Origin: Patescibacteria group bacterium
GTDB lineage: Bacteria > Patescibacteriota > Minisyncoccia > 2-02-FULL-40-12 > IGHO2-01-FULL-4-A
Reading direction: 5' to 3'
NCBI GenBank assembly: GCA_038064915.1
Contig: JBBTSB010000004.1
Span: 24,874-88,873, forward strand
DNA: 64,000 bases
The translations under genes and the position numbers were made by a program. Below are positions 54,763-64,000 of this stretch, one piece after another. The notes under the pieces were generated by a model. It was given only the letters and a program-made list of their open reading frames with translations. It was not told the origin of the DNA and made no database searches. Positions within the stretch are counted from its first letter, which is position 1. Each line of letters begins with the position of its first letter.

Positions 54763-56077
54763 GAAACGATTCGCCTATATCCTGCTGATTATGGCATGTT
54801 TTTTGGTCCCTGTGAATGGGACAGCTTCGGTGCAAGAAGAAATTGAATCGAGAAACAAGCAGATTGAGGAGCTCCAACGGCAAATCGCTGAATACCAAGA
54901 ACAAATCCTCGCTACGAGTAGTAAGGCGAAGACGTTGAGCACCGAGATTTCCCGATTGAATAACCAGATCTCCAAAATTCAGCTCGAAATAAAAAGCCTA
55001 GGACTTGCCATTACACAAACAGATTCTGAAATTGATGTGACGCAAAAAAGTATCGGTGAAACACAGGCGGAAATTGATATTCACAAACAGGCGCTGGGCA
55101 GCGCTCTACTGACACTTTACCAAACCGATCAGCAAAACCTTACCCAAGTTTTGGTAAAAAATCCTCGCCTCTCTGATTTTTTTAGTAGCGTAAAAACACT
55201 TGATGATGCCCAAAATGTTCTTCGCACCAATATTATTGCGTTGAGAGATTTAAAAGCTGATCTTGAATATAAGCAAAATAACCTTGAGGAGAAACGCTCC
55301 GAACTCCAAGAATTGAAATCTCTCCAGGAATCTCAACGCCGCACCCTTGATCTGAATAAAAATACAAAAGACAAGCTTCTGAAGGATACCAAAGGGGAGG
55401 AAAAAAAGTACCAAACACTTCTCAATCAGTCACAAGATCAACTCAAAAAAATTCGCGAACAAATAACTTACCTCAACCAGAGCGGTGTTACGGTCGAGGA
55501 GGCCATCAAATTTGGCCAAATGTCGGCTATTCGCGTAGGTATGAGACCGGCGTTTCTTATCGCGATACTGGAAGTGGAGTCTCGGTTGGGAAAAAATGTC
55601 GGCACCGGTACTTGGGAAAAGGATATGTATCAGTGCTACTTGAACCTTGCAAAAATTTATCCAACACGCGCGGCATACTATACGAAACGTGCCGAAGATG
55701 AAAAGGCGGCATTTTTCAAGATTATCAACAAGCTTGGCCTCGATCCGAATACGGTAAAGGTGTCTCGCGAACCCAGTTATGGATGCGGGGGAGCGATGGG
55801 ACCGGCGCAATTTATCCCGACCACCTGGCTTGGGTATGAAGCGGATGTGATACGATATACAGGGCATGACCCCGTAAGTCCATGGAATATCGAAGATGCG
55901 TTTATGGCTGCTGCCATCAAGCTATCACGTGGCGGTGCGGCGGCGGGAACACGTGCAGGAGAAATACGCGCCGCGAAAGCATATATTAGTGGAAATGCCA
56001 ATTGTACTTCAAGTATATGTAACTATTATGCAAATTTGGCGCTCGACAAGGCGGCTATTATCGAACAAAATCTTTAG
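54761..56077 (+). CDS. secreted coiled-coil protein with C-terminal MltB-like lytic transglycosylase domain (PcsB/CwlO-like architecture)
   Basis: signal peptide, about 230 aa of coiled coil, then GCGGAMGPAQFIPTTW resembling the MltB active-site region. Confidence 0.55.
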   Translation: MKRFAYILLIMACFLVPVNGTASVQEEIESRNKQIEELQRQIAEYQEQILATSSKAKTLSTEISRLNNQISKIQLEIKSLGLAITQTDSEIDVTQKSIGETQAEIDIHKQALGSALLTLYQTDQQNLTQVLVKNPRLSDFFSSVKTLDDAQNVLRTNIIALRDLKADLEYKQNNLEEKRSELQELKSLQESQRRTLDLNKNTKDKLLKDTKGEEKKYQTLLNQSQDQLKKIREQITYLNQSGVTVEEAIKFGQMSAIRVGMRPAFLIAILEVESRLGKNVGTGTWEKDMYQCYLNLAKIYPTRAAYYTKRAEDEKAAFFKIINKLGLDPNTVKVSREPSYGCGGAMGPAQFIPTTWLGYEADVIRYTGHDPVSPWNIEDAFMAAAIKLSRGGAAAGTRAGEIRAAKAYISGNANCTSSICNYYANLALDKAAIIEQNL

Positions 56078-57185
56078 CGGAACACTGGTGGTACTGACGC
56101 TTCTGGTGACCAGTAGTTTTTTGTTTTCGCGAACGATTGACGTTTCGAAGCAAGCGTTTTCGCTGTTCACGAATACGGAATTTTCCATTTCAAAAAAAAT
56201 CCAAGATGGCATTGCGATGCTCAAAGCTTCTCCACCGCTTGCATATTCAGGATCGCGACAGCAAGTGGCACTTGCTATTTTGAATAAACAAACGGGGGAA
56301 ATTCAAGAAGAGCGGATTTGGATCACTCCCGGAGGCGATCTCATTTCCAGTTCACTGCCGATTCGAATACAATGGTGGAATTCGTTCAATACCTACTATG
56401 AAATTGACGATCGTCCGGAACTAATCGTCGTAGCTAATAAATTTTTAGTGGAACGCAAGTATCTCCCCGAGCAGACCACACTGCGTCTTGATCTTGATGC
56501 CCCACGGAGCAAGTATACCGACATGGTATATGCACCATACTCGGAAAATCTTCACTGGCCCGATGTTGTTGACGACGGGAAGGAATATATCAACCGTCAT
56601 GCCGAGCAGGCATTTAAAGAACTGAAAACCGCCAAGGTGCAATCGCGCTCTCAACCCGGGAAGCTTGTAGTTGACGTAGTACCCAAGGACCTCGTAAAAA
56701 CCATAGTTTTAGTCGAGCATGTCGATCCGGGATGGCTGGAATTTTCTGACGACGGAGGTAGGGCTCTGGTGGAGCGTGCTTTAGTGATCATTGGAGCAAA
56801 TCAGCAGTGGGCGTATCGCTATACGAGCTCAAAAGCGAACGCTTACGGCCTTGCGCAGTTTATCGAACCCACCTACGACCTTATGGTTGATCGTTACCCG
56901 GATGCTGGGTTGATCAAAGACCACACGCTTGGCATGGTGGACCATACGAACGCTTTTAAGGCAATTGCGTTGTTATTTGACAACGAGGCCCATGAAATCC
57001 AAAGCAAAGCCAGCATTCCTGCAACTCGCGAAATGCTCGCCGCGGCCTACAACGGCGGCCCGGGTCGCGTCATTCAAGCAGTAAAAAGCGATGGACAGGA
57101 TTGGGCGAATAGTGATATATTTCCCGACGAAACTAGCAACTATGTCAAAAAATACGGCCTCATCAAAAAGCTCAATATCTTCTAA
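56028..57185 (+). CDS. membrane-anchored SLT-domain lytic transglycosylase
   Basis: AYGLAQFIEPTY...AAAYNGGPGRV SLT motifs; start uncertain (the ORF track begins at 55896 inside the upstream gene). Confidence 0.5.
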   Translation: MQIWRSTRRLLSNKIFSGTLVVLTLLVTSSFLFSRTIDVSKQAFSLFTNTEFSISKKIQDGIAMLKASPPLAYSGSRQQVALAILNKQTGEIQEERIWITPGGDLISSSLPIRIQWWNSFNTYYEIDDRPELIVVANKFLVERKYLPEQTTLRLDLDAPRSKYTDMVYAPYSENLHWPDVVDDGKEYINRHAEQAFKELKTAKVQSRSQPGKLVVDVVPKDLVKTIVLVEHVDPGWLEFSDDGGRALVERALVIIGANQQWAYRYTSSKANAYGLAQFIEPTYDLMVDRYPDAGLIKDHTLGMVDHTNAFKAIALLFDNEAHEIQSKASIPATREMLAAAYNGGPGRVIQAVKSDGQDWANSDIFPDETSNYVKKYGLIKKLNIF

Positions 57186-58203
57186 AATCTACGTCGCCAT
57201 GTCTGGCGGTGTTGATTCTTCTGTTGCAGCAGCACTCCTCAAACAACAAGGACATCAGGTAACCGGAGTGTTTTTCAAACCGTGGCAACCCGAGGGATTT
57301 TACTGCAATTGGAAGCAGGATCGGCAAGACGCAATGCGAGTGGCGGCAAAACTCGGCATTCCATTCAAAACCTGGGATTTTTCTATAGAATATGGCCGCG
57401 AAGTCGCGCAGTATATGATTGATGGATATCGGGATGGAATTACGCCAAATCCCGACGTGATGTGCAACAAAGAAATCAAGTTTGGTCTATTTTTGAAAAA
57501 AGCTCTTGCCGATGGTGCAGATTACATAGCAACAGGGCATTATGCACGCCTTCGTCAAGGCTCCGACGGACAAGCGCATCTTCTCAAATCAAAAGACAAA
57601 AATAAAGACCAGACGTATTTTTTGTGGACACTGAAGCAAGATCAACTCAAGCACGTGTTTTTTCCGATTGGCGGGTATACAAAACCTGAAGTAAGAAAGC
57701 TCGCCAAAAAATTCGGCCTGCCTACACACGCCAAAAAAGACAGTCAGGGCGTATGTTTTGTCGGTAAGCTGGATATGCATGACTTTTTGACAGAATATAT
57801 AAAACCTGAACCTGGGCCAATTATTTTCGACGGAAAAGAAGTTGGAACTCATGACGGCACAGCCTACTACACCATCGGCCAACGACATGGACTGAATATT
57901 ACTACTGGAGGAGGGCCATTTTATGTCATCGACAAAAAGCGCAATACGCTTTTTGTCTCAAAATCAAAAATAAAAAATCAAAATGCAAAATTGGCGGAAA
58001 TAAATTGGATTTCAAACCCAAAACTGCCACTAAAAGCAAGCGTGAAAATTCGTTATCGGACAAAAGAAGTTCCTGTGATGATTAGTCCTGACTTTAGACT
58101 ATCAACTACGCACTTCTTCACTTCTCCAAGCCCTGGTCAGTCTGCGGTGTTGTATCGCGGGCAGGAAGTTTTGGGAGGAGGGATACTCCAGTCATCTCAA
58201 TAG
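57142..58203 (+). CDS. mnmA: tRNA-specific 2-thiouridylase
   Basis: SGGVDSSVAA PP-loop and catalytic Cys region; start uncertain (57142 or 57199). Confidence 0.85.
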   Translation: MSKNTASSKSSISSKIYVAMSGGVDSSVAAALLKQQGHQVTGVFFKPWQPEGFYCNWKQDRQDAMRVAAKLGIPFKTWDFSIEYGREVAQYMIDGYRDGITPNPDVMCNKEIKFGLFLKKALADGADYIATGHYARLRQGSDGQAHLLKSKDKNKDQTYFLWTLKQDQLKHVFFPIGGYTKPEVRKLAKKFGLPTHAKKDSQGVCFVGKLDMHDFLTEYIKPEPGPIIFDGKEVGTHDGTAYYTIGQRHGLNITTGGGPFYVIDKKRNTLFVSKSKIKNQNAKLAEINWISNPKLPLKASVKIRYRTKEVPVMISPDFRLSTTHFFTSPSPGQSAVLYRGQEVLGGGILQSSQ

Positions 58204-59590
58204 GCTGTGGAATTCCCATAAGTTCAAGGATTGTGGGTGCAACATCTGCGAGAATACCATCGGGCTCAGTGGGTAGTGTGTAGTTGGTGGTGTTATATTG
58301 ATTTCCGATGAAATAGATCGGAACGGGACTTCCATCGTGACGGCTTTCCGGCTCGCTGGTAAAGCGATCAATCAATGCTTCAGCATTTCCGTGGTCGGAC
58401 GTAATGAGCAGTATGCCGTCTTGTGCCAGTACAGCATCCATAATGATACCAACCGCATTATCCACCGTTTCCACACCCGTTCGTGTTGCCTCATAGTTTC
58501 CCGTATGCGCAAGCATGTCGGCATTGGCAAAATTTGCAACGATAACATCGTAGTTTGGGAGTTCAGCAACGATACGATTTGCAACGTTCTCCGCTCCCAT
58601 GGTGGGTTCCGCCTCAATATCCTTCACGGATTGAATAAGGACATCATTTTCATTCTCGTATGGCTCATTTTTCAATCCGTTAAAAAAGTATGTAACATGT
58701 GCATATTTTACGGTTTCCGCAATGTGAAGTTGTGTAAGGCCAGCTTTGCTGATGAGTTCCGAAAGATTGTTATTGAGTTCAGGTGGGCCAAACAGAAAAC
58801 GCTCATCCTTGTCCGTATACTTTGTCATAGTATAAGCATCGGGAAACAGCGAATACAACTGCCGAATACTATCTTCACGAAAATTGAAAAAAAAGAAAGC
58901 ATCGCCAGGGCGCGTTCCTTCATACGTCGTGGCTGCCAACGCAGGGATTTTTGTGTCCGGTGTACCTTGCTTGTACAATTCTTCGATTTTGGCAGTAAAA
59001 TCTTCTGTCTTTTCTCCTTTTGCCAGCGCGATGAGGTCGTAAGCTTGTTGAGTCAGATCCCAATTCTTGTCTCGATCCATTCCATGGTTGCGGCCGATGA
59101 TAGTTGTCGGCGATACAGGGAGTTTTTTGAGAAGCCCTGCGCCATCATGGATTCCGGAATCTTTGCCATCCGTAAACAAATGGAGAAAGATTTGAGATGT
59201 CGTTCCCATTTCGATGAGTGCTTGCAGGTGGGAGAGATCAGCATGGACATTTCCCGCCGTAAGGAGTCCTATGATATGAACGCGCGGATGAGAAAAAACG
59301 TCTACTAAAACTTTATTGGAAAAGAAAGAACCATCTTTAATTGCGCGACCGATTCGCGTCGAATACTGTTGTACGGTTCGTCCGGCGCCGATTGTGAGAT
59401 GTCCTACCTCACTATTGCCAAAATCTCCCCAGTTTAGCCCCACGGCAAGACCTGATGCCTGAAGTAAAAGAAGTGGATAGTGGTTAGTGATATAGTCCAG
59501 ATTGGGTTTCCGTGCCTCGAGCAGAGGATTACCCGCGCGCTTCAGAGAATATCCCCAGCCGTCGAGAATTGCCAAAACAAGTGGTTTCAT
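58118..59590 (-). CDS. gpmI: 2,3-bisphosphoglycerate-independent phosphoglycerate mutase
   Basis: MKPLVLAILDGWGYS start, metal-binding and phosphotransferase domains; the 3' end overlaps mnmA convergently by about 86 nt. Confidence 0.9.
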   Translation of the reverse strand: MKPLVLAILDGWGYSLKRAGNPLLEARKPNLDYITNHYPLLLLQASGLAVGLNWGDFGNSEVGHLTIGAGRTVQQYSTRIGRAIKDGSFFSNKVLVDVFSHPRVHIIGLLTAGNVHADLSHLQALIEMGTTSQIFLHLFTDGKDSGIHDGAGLLKKLPVSPTTIIGRNHGMDRDKNWDLTQQAYDLIALAKGEKTEDFTAKIEELYKQGTPDTKIPALAATTYEGTRPGDAFFFFNFREDSIRQLYSLFPDAYTMTKYTDKDERFLFGPPELNNNLSELISKAGLTQLHIAETVKYAHVTYFFNGLKNEPYENENDVLIQSVKDIEAEPTMGAENVANRIVAELPNYDVIVANFANADMLAHTGNYEATRTGVETVDNAVGIIMDAVLAQDGILLITSDHGNAEALIDRFTSEPESRHDGSPVPIYFIGNQYNTTNYTLPTEPDGILADVAPTILELMGIPQPIEMTGVSLLPKLPARDTTPQTDQGLEK

Positions 59591-59628
59591 ATATACTCGT
59601 ATCATAATGAATTTTAACCCCAATCACA

Positions 59629-61161
59629 ATGTCATTGGAACTATCTACGCTCATCAAAGCGGTTATTGCGTTATGTCTCGGTGCGGTCGGTGGATATCTT
59701 CTTAGCGTACTCATCATCAGTCGTCGGGTAAACTCTGCAAAGGAAAGGGCAGACAAAATGCTTTCCGAGGCCAGACAAAAGGCCCAGGATTTGCAGTTGG
59801 AAGCTAACGAAAAATCACTCAAGATTCTTGAGGATGCTAAAAAAGAGGAAGAGGTGAGAAACCAGCAGATTTTGCGCATAGAGAATCTGTTATCCAAGAA
59901 GGAGTCGGAAATGGAATCAAAGTCGCGAGAACTTGAAGGAACCAAGAAACAGCTTGAACTGAAGCTCGTAGAAAGTGAAAGCGTAAAAAAAGAACTTGAA
60001 GAAAAGCGCCAACAGCAACTGACGGAACTAGAACGTATCACGGGTCTTCGACGCGACGAGGCAAAGGACATGATGATGAAAAGTATCGAAGATGAATATC
60101 GCGACGAACTGTATCAAAAAATGAAAAAACTCGAACAGATGAATCGGGACGAACTTGATGGCAAGGCTCGCGAAATTCTCACCATGTCAGTTCAGCGTTA
60201 CGCTGGCTCGCATATTGCAGACGCTACGACGACGGTGGTCAGTCTTCCTTCCGATGAATTGAAAGGTAAAATCATCGGCAAAGAAGGAAGAAATATCAAG
60301 ACAATTGAGAGACTTACGGGTGTGGATATTATCATTGATGACACGCCTGAGGCTCTTGTCGTTTCGGGGTTTGATCCGGTTCGCCGCCAAATAGCAAAAC
60401 TCGCCATTGATAAACTAATCCAAGACGGCCGAATACATCCTGGCAAAATTGAAGAAATGGTAGAGAAAGCGAAAGAAGATATCAATGAAAAAATCAAGCA
60501 AGCAGGTGAAGCTGCGCTCTTTGAGGTTGGAGTTGGCGTCGTTGATCCAAAACTTACGTATTTGCTTGGCCGCCTTGCGTACCGTACCAGTTTTGGTCAA
60601 AATGTCCTCGTGCACTCCATAGAAATGGCTCATGTTGCGGGCATGCTCGCTTCGGAACTCGGCGCAGATGCTACGGTTGCAAAGAAGGGCGCACTCTTCC
60701 ATGATATCGGCAAAGCAGTGGATCATGAAGTTCAGGGAACACATGTAGAAATCGGGCGCAAGATTTTGCAAAAATTCGGGATGGATGAAAAAGTCATTCG
60801 TGCCATGGAAGCACACCACGAAGAGTATCCCTACTCCAGTCTCGAGTCACGCATTGTGCAGGCCGCTGATGCTATTTCCGGCGCTCGTCCCGGTGCTCGG
60901 CGCGATACGGTGGAAGTCTACATCAAACGCCTTGAAGAATTGGAGCGTATTGCAAATTCCTTCGAGGGTATCGAAAAATCATATGCCATCCAAGCAGGTC
61001 GTGAACTACGAGTGTTTGTGACACCAGCGAAGGTTGATGACCTATCGGCAATGAAATTGTCGAGGGATATAGCCAAAAAAATCGAATCGGAAATGAAATA
61101 TCCAGGAGAAATCAAAGTCAATGTCATACGCGAAACGAGGGCCATAGAATACGCGAGATAG
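59629..61161 (+). CDS. rny: ribonuclease Y
   Basis: N-terminal TM, coiled coil, KH domain and HD domain (FHDIGKA). Confidence 0.9.
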   Translation: MSLELSTLIKAVIALCLGAVGGYLLSVLIISRRVNSAKERADKMLSEARQKAQDLQLEANEKSLKILEDAKKEEEVRNQQILRIENLLSKKESEMESKSRELEGTKKQLELKLVESESVKKELEEKRQQQLTELERITGLRRDEAKDMMMKSIEDEYRDELYQKMKKLEQMNRDELDGKAREILTMSVQRYAGSHIADATTTVVSLPSDELKGKIIGKEGRNIKTIERLTGVDIIIDDTPEALVVSGFDPVRRQIAKLAIDKLIQDGRIHPGKIEEMVEKAKEDINEKIKQAGEAALFEVGVGVVDPKLTYLLGRLAYRTSFGQNVLVHSIEMAHVAGMLASELGADATVAKKGALFHDIGKAVDHEVQGTHVEIGRKILQKFGMDEKVIRAMEAHHEEYPYSSLESRIVQAADAISGARPGARRDTVEVYIKRLEELERIANSFEGIEKSYAIQAGRELRVFVTPAKVDDLSAMKLSRDIAKKIESEMKYPGEIKVNVIRETRAIEYAR

Positions 61162-61232
61162 GGGCTGTTGATAGGATACTTGCAAAAACCTAGCAAATAC
61201 GCCTATAATTAAATATCAAGGTCGATATGTAC

Positions 61233-61262
61233 TTTAAATCTTAAACATTTAAACTCTAAACC
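61233..61262. repeat. TTTAAAC-heptamer repeat element copy in the hup 5' UTR
   Basis: CTTTAAATCTTAAACATTTAAACTCTAAACC between a TATAAT at 61205-61210 and the hup ATG. Confidence 0.6.
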
Positions 61263-61265
61263 TAT

Positions 61266-61547
61266 ATGCAATCAGTAAAAAAGACCCAGTTTATTCAGTC
61301 ACTTGCGGAGCGTTTCAACGTCCCCAAGAAGCAGGCAGCCGAATGGCTCGAAGGATTTGTTGAGGAAATCACCAAGATCATGAAGCGTGGAGATAAACTC
61401 AATATCAGCGGTTTTGGCATCTTCAAGGTTGCCGCCCGCGCCGCTCGCGAAGGACGCAATCCTCGCACTGGAGAGACCATCCAGATCAAGGCATCCAAGA
61501 AAGCAAAGTTTGTGCCCTCAAAGGCTCTGAAAGAAGCCGTACTGTAG
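61266..61547 (+). CDS. hup: DNA-binding protein HU
   Basis: 93 aa; GFGIFKV and RNPRTGE arm motifs. Confidence 0.9.
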   Translation: MQSVKKTQFIQSLAERFNVPKKQAAEWLEGFVEEITKIMKRGDKLNISGFGIFKVAARAAREGRNPRTGETIQIKASKKAKFVPSKALKEAVL

Positions 61548-61553
61548 GTTATT

Positions 61554-61590
61554 AAGGTTCGACCTTAATGAAGTCTCAAGGTCGAACCTT
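61554..61590. other. perfect 13-bp hairpin downstream of hup
   Basis: AAGGTTCGACCTT, 11-nt loop, AAGGTCGAACCTT; no U tract on the + strand. Confidence 0.4.
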
Positions 61591-61598
61591 AAAATCCC

Positions 61599-62504
61599 TT
61601 GGATAGAAATTTGGCATTAGAATTTGTAAGAGTCACCGAAGCCGCGGCAATAGCCGCGGCTTCATGGATTGGGAAGGGCGACAAAAATGCCGCAGATAAG
61701 GCGGCGGTTGATGAGATGCGTGATCGCTTTAATCAGATTGATTTCAAGGGCCGTGTCGTTATCGGTGAGGGAACAAAAGACGAAGCGCCGGAATTGTTTG
61801 AAGGTGAATTGCTTGGCACAGGCAAAGGATCTGAAATGGATATTGCAGTGGATCCCTTGGAAGGCACGACAAATACTGCATTCGGGTATCCCAATGCCAT
61901 GTCAGTCATTGTGGCCGGTGCAGCGGGTTCGCTCATGCCTATGCCGAAGGGTAAGTTTTATATCGAGAAGATTGCCGTTGGACCTCAAGCTGCAAAAGTC
62001 ATCGATCTGGAAGCACCCGTCAAAGTAAATATAAATAAAGTCTCCAAAGCTCTCGGCAAATCGCCTCAAGAAGTCACAGTTGTGGTCTTGGAACGCGATC
62101 GACATAAGGCATTGATCAATGATCTCCGCAAAGCTGGTGCTCGCGTACGCTTGATAAATGCCGGCGATTTGGCTCCTGGCATCGCAACATGCTTTCCGGA
62201 TTCGGGTATCGATATGGTCATGGGCACGGGTGGGACACCCGAAGCAGTCCTTGCCGCCGCTGCTATCAAAATCATGGGCGGGCAGATTTTCGCTCGTTTT
62301 CCTGAAGAAAAAAAGATTTTTGATGCAAATGATCTTGCAAAAGGAAATCAGCTTACATTTACCGCCACTGGCATCATTGAAGGTCCGCTTTTGAAAGGTA
62401 TAACTATATCAGATCATATTATCACGACCCATTCCGTCGTCATGCGTTTAGCCTCAAAAACTATTCGATACATAACTACTCACCACCATGCCAAGTCTCA
62501 ATGA
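61599..62504 (+). CDS. glpX: fructose-1,6-bisphosphatase class II
   Basis: LALEFVRVTEAAAIAAASWIGKGDKNAADKAAVDEMR GlpX N-terminus; TTG start codon. Confidence 0.85.
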   Translation: MDRNLALEFVRVTEAAAIAAASWIGKGDKNAADKAAVDEMRDRFNQIDFKGRVVIGEGTKDEAPELFEGELLGTGKGSEMDIAVDPLEGTTNTAFGYPNAMSVIVAGAAGSLMPMPKGKFYIEKIAVGPQAAKVIDLEAPVKVNINKVSKALGKSPQEVTVVVLERDRHKALINDLRKAGARVRLINAGDLAPGIATCFPDSGIDMVMGTGGTPEAVLAAAAIKIMGGQIFARFPEEKKIFDANDLAKGNQLTFTATGIIEGPLLKGITISDHIITTHSVVMRLASKTIRYITTHHHAKSQ

Positions 62505-63417
62505 AGTTGCAAAAAAACTCGTAGCACCTGGGAAGGGAATTCTCGCCGCAGATGAAAGTTTTGGAACGATAGAAAAGCGTTTTGCAAAGATTGGCATCGA
62601 ATCAACACACGAGAATCGTCGAACATATCGTGAATTACTATTCTCTACTCCGGGCCTAGATCAATATATTTCTGGTATTATCCAATTTGACGAAACAATA
62701 AGAGACCAAATTTTAAAAAACCCAAACATTATTTCGATCATCAAGGTTGACGAAGGCTTCGACAAGGAAACGGGCGTCATAAAACCAATGTCTGGCCTTG
62801 CACAGCGTCTTGAGGAGTATAAAAAACTTGGAGCGCAGGCCGCAAAGGCCCGATCAGTTATTATCGTGGGCAAGGAGCAGTATATTATAGAAAATGCAAA
62901 GGCACAGGCTGAATATGCAAAACTATGCCAGGATCTGGGAATTGTGCCCATGGTGGAGCCGGAAGTGCTTATGGATGGCGGTCACGGCATTGAGGAATGC
63001 GAAAAAACCACCGAGGAGACACTTCGCGTGGTGTTTGATGAATTGAACTCCGCTGGTGTTGCCATTGATGGTATCATTCTGAAACCCAACATGGTGGTAT
63101 CAGGCATGGTATCTGGACAAAAAGCTACTCCGCAACAAATTGCTGAAGCGACGGTCCGAGTACTCAAGAAGACTGTTCCCGACAATTTGCCGGGCATTAC
63201 TTTTCTTTCCGGTGGACAATCCGAAGAGGAAGCCACAGAAAATCTTCAAGCGATCAACCGTATCGGCGGTCCGTGGCGGCTTACGTTTTCCTACGGTCGT
63301 GCGCTACAAGATTCCGTTCTCAAAACCTGGGCGGGCAAAGCCGAAAACATCCCTACCGCGCAGGCAAAACTCCTCGAACGCGCTAGGGCGAATAGTGAAG
63401 CGACTGCCAGTGCTTGA
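62488..63417 (+). CDS. fba: fructose-bisphosphate aldolase class I
   Basis: KGILAADESFGTIEKRF and Schiff-base Lys region of class I aldolases. Confidence 0.85.
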   Translation: MPSLNEVAKKLVAPGKGILAADESFGTIEKRFAKIGIESTHENRRTYRELLFSTPGLDQYISGIIQFDETIRDQILKNPNIISIIKVDEGFDKETGVIKPMSGLAQRLEEYKKLGAQAAKARSVIIVGKEQYIIENAKAQAEYAKLCQDLGIVPMVEPEVLMDGGHGIEECEKTTEETLRVVFDELNSAGVAIDGIILKPNMVVSGMVSGQKATPQQIAEATVRVLKKTVPDNLPGITFLSGGQSEEEATENLQAINRIGGPWRLTFSYGRALQDSVLKTWAGKAENIPTAQAKLLERARANSEATASA

Positions 63418-63994
63418 TCTCTTTTTTGACGAAACGCTCTTCTGGAATTTGAGGAATCTTTCGTAGCTCGCGCAAGGCATCATCGGAAAGTGTGGCCAAA
63501 TACTCCACATCCAATTTTCCAGTTGTAGCGAAGCGATCTATATTTTTGCGCGCAATAAACGCGTCGGGATTGCCGATATTGATGCCGGCAAGAAATACCA
63601 GAGCAATGATGAATATGTTGAGCGCAAACGGTTCCTCGCGCTGATGGGCGAGAATTTTATACACGAGCACAAAAAATATTATGGCGAGAAAGATAATAAC
63701 CAGGTAACTATAGAGGCGCAATTCAGTAAATCCATACGCGGTTTCGTATAGGTGCAAACGCTTGAATGCCGATGCCATGATCACAAACACCTGGGCAATC
63801 AACGCGCTACTCAACCAACGCGGTGAGCGTTCTGCGTACTTGTCTACCGCAAAAAGGAGGAGGAAGGATAGCAACGCTACCGCAATGAGCTCAAAGAATC
63901 CTTTTCGTGCGTACTCTGCATAGGTAAACCCCTCGAGAGTAATATTTTCAATACCTCCGAAAAGATAACGAAGCTGAATGAGAATAAAAAGCAA
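63383..63994 (-). CDS. polytopic membrane protein, N-terminally truncated by the window edge
   Basis: ORF open to the window end; several TM segments; no family assigned. Confidence 0.4.
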   Translation of the reverse strand: MLFILIQLRYLFGGIENITLEGFTYAEYARKGFFELIAVALLSFLLLFAVDKYAERSPRWLSSALIAQVFVIMASAFKRLHLYETAYGFTELRLYSYLVIIFLAIIFFVLVYKILAHQREEPFALNIFIIALVFLAGINIGNPDAFIARKNIDRFATTGKLDVEYLATLSDDALRELRKIPQIPEERFVKKEIKHWQSLHYSP

Positions 63995-64000
63995 GAATAG

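Overview
This 64-kb window comes from a compact bacterial genome of roughly 45% GC. Genes are densely packed, mostly on the + strand, and often overlap by a few nucleotides. Native genes almost never carry a Shine-Dalgarno (SD) sequence. Several good -35/-10 promoters sit so that the ATG is at or next to the transcription start, which implies leaderless mRNAs. The gene content is Patescibacteria/CPR-like: two FemAB-type ligases, GT39/PMT-like glycosyltransferases, class I aldolase, GlpX and short aminoacyl-tRNA synthetases. This phylogenetic reading is inference. Housekeeping genes, in window order, are rpsT, uvrB, ruvA, Mur-ligase, beta-CASP RNase, lon, mgtC, murG, holB, frr, rseP, proS, mreBCD-mrdA, greA, lysS, serS, murI, a cell-envelope glycosylation cluster, yerC, groES-groEL, tgt, exonuclease plus UvrD/Cas4-like helicase-nuclease, HAD hydrolase, pepA, Kef-type antiporter, obg, xseAB, murJ, two lytic transglycosylases, mnmA, gpmI, rny, hup, glpX and fba. 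No rRNA, tRNA or CRISPR array was found. Unexplained structure falls into seven groups. (1) A dispersed 30-35-nt repeat family of TTTAAAC heptamers sits in frame, and apparently without changing protein length, inside at least five unrelated CDSs and one 5' UTR. (2) Two GC-rich perfect palindromes are inserted in frame in tgt. (3) At least five compositionally foreign GC-rich islets (58-62% GC, high GC3) lie in intergenic spacers. Each carries small ORFs with canonical SD sequences and its own intrinsic terminators, in sharp contrast to the SD-less native genes. One islet has an attenuator-like leader. (4) An AbiEii-like nucleotidyltransferase sits with a small overlapping partner ORF. (5) CIRCE-like HrcA operators overlap the -35 of both the lon and the groES promoters. 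(6) Three paralogous small coiled-coil proteins are present. (7) A 14-mer AATTTTCAATTTCC repeat forms an inverted pair in the groES-groEL spacer and a tandem pair inside a waaL-like CDS.
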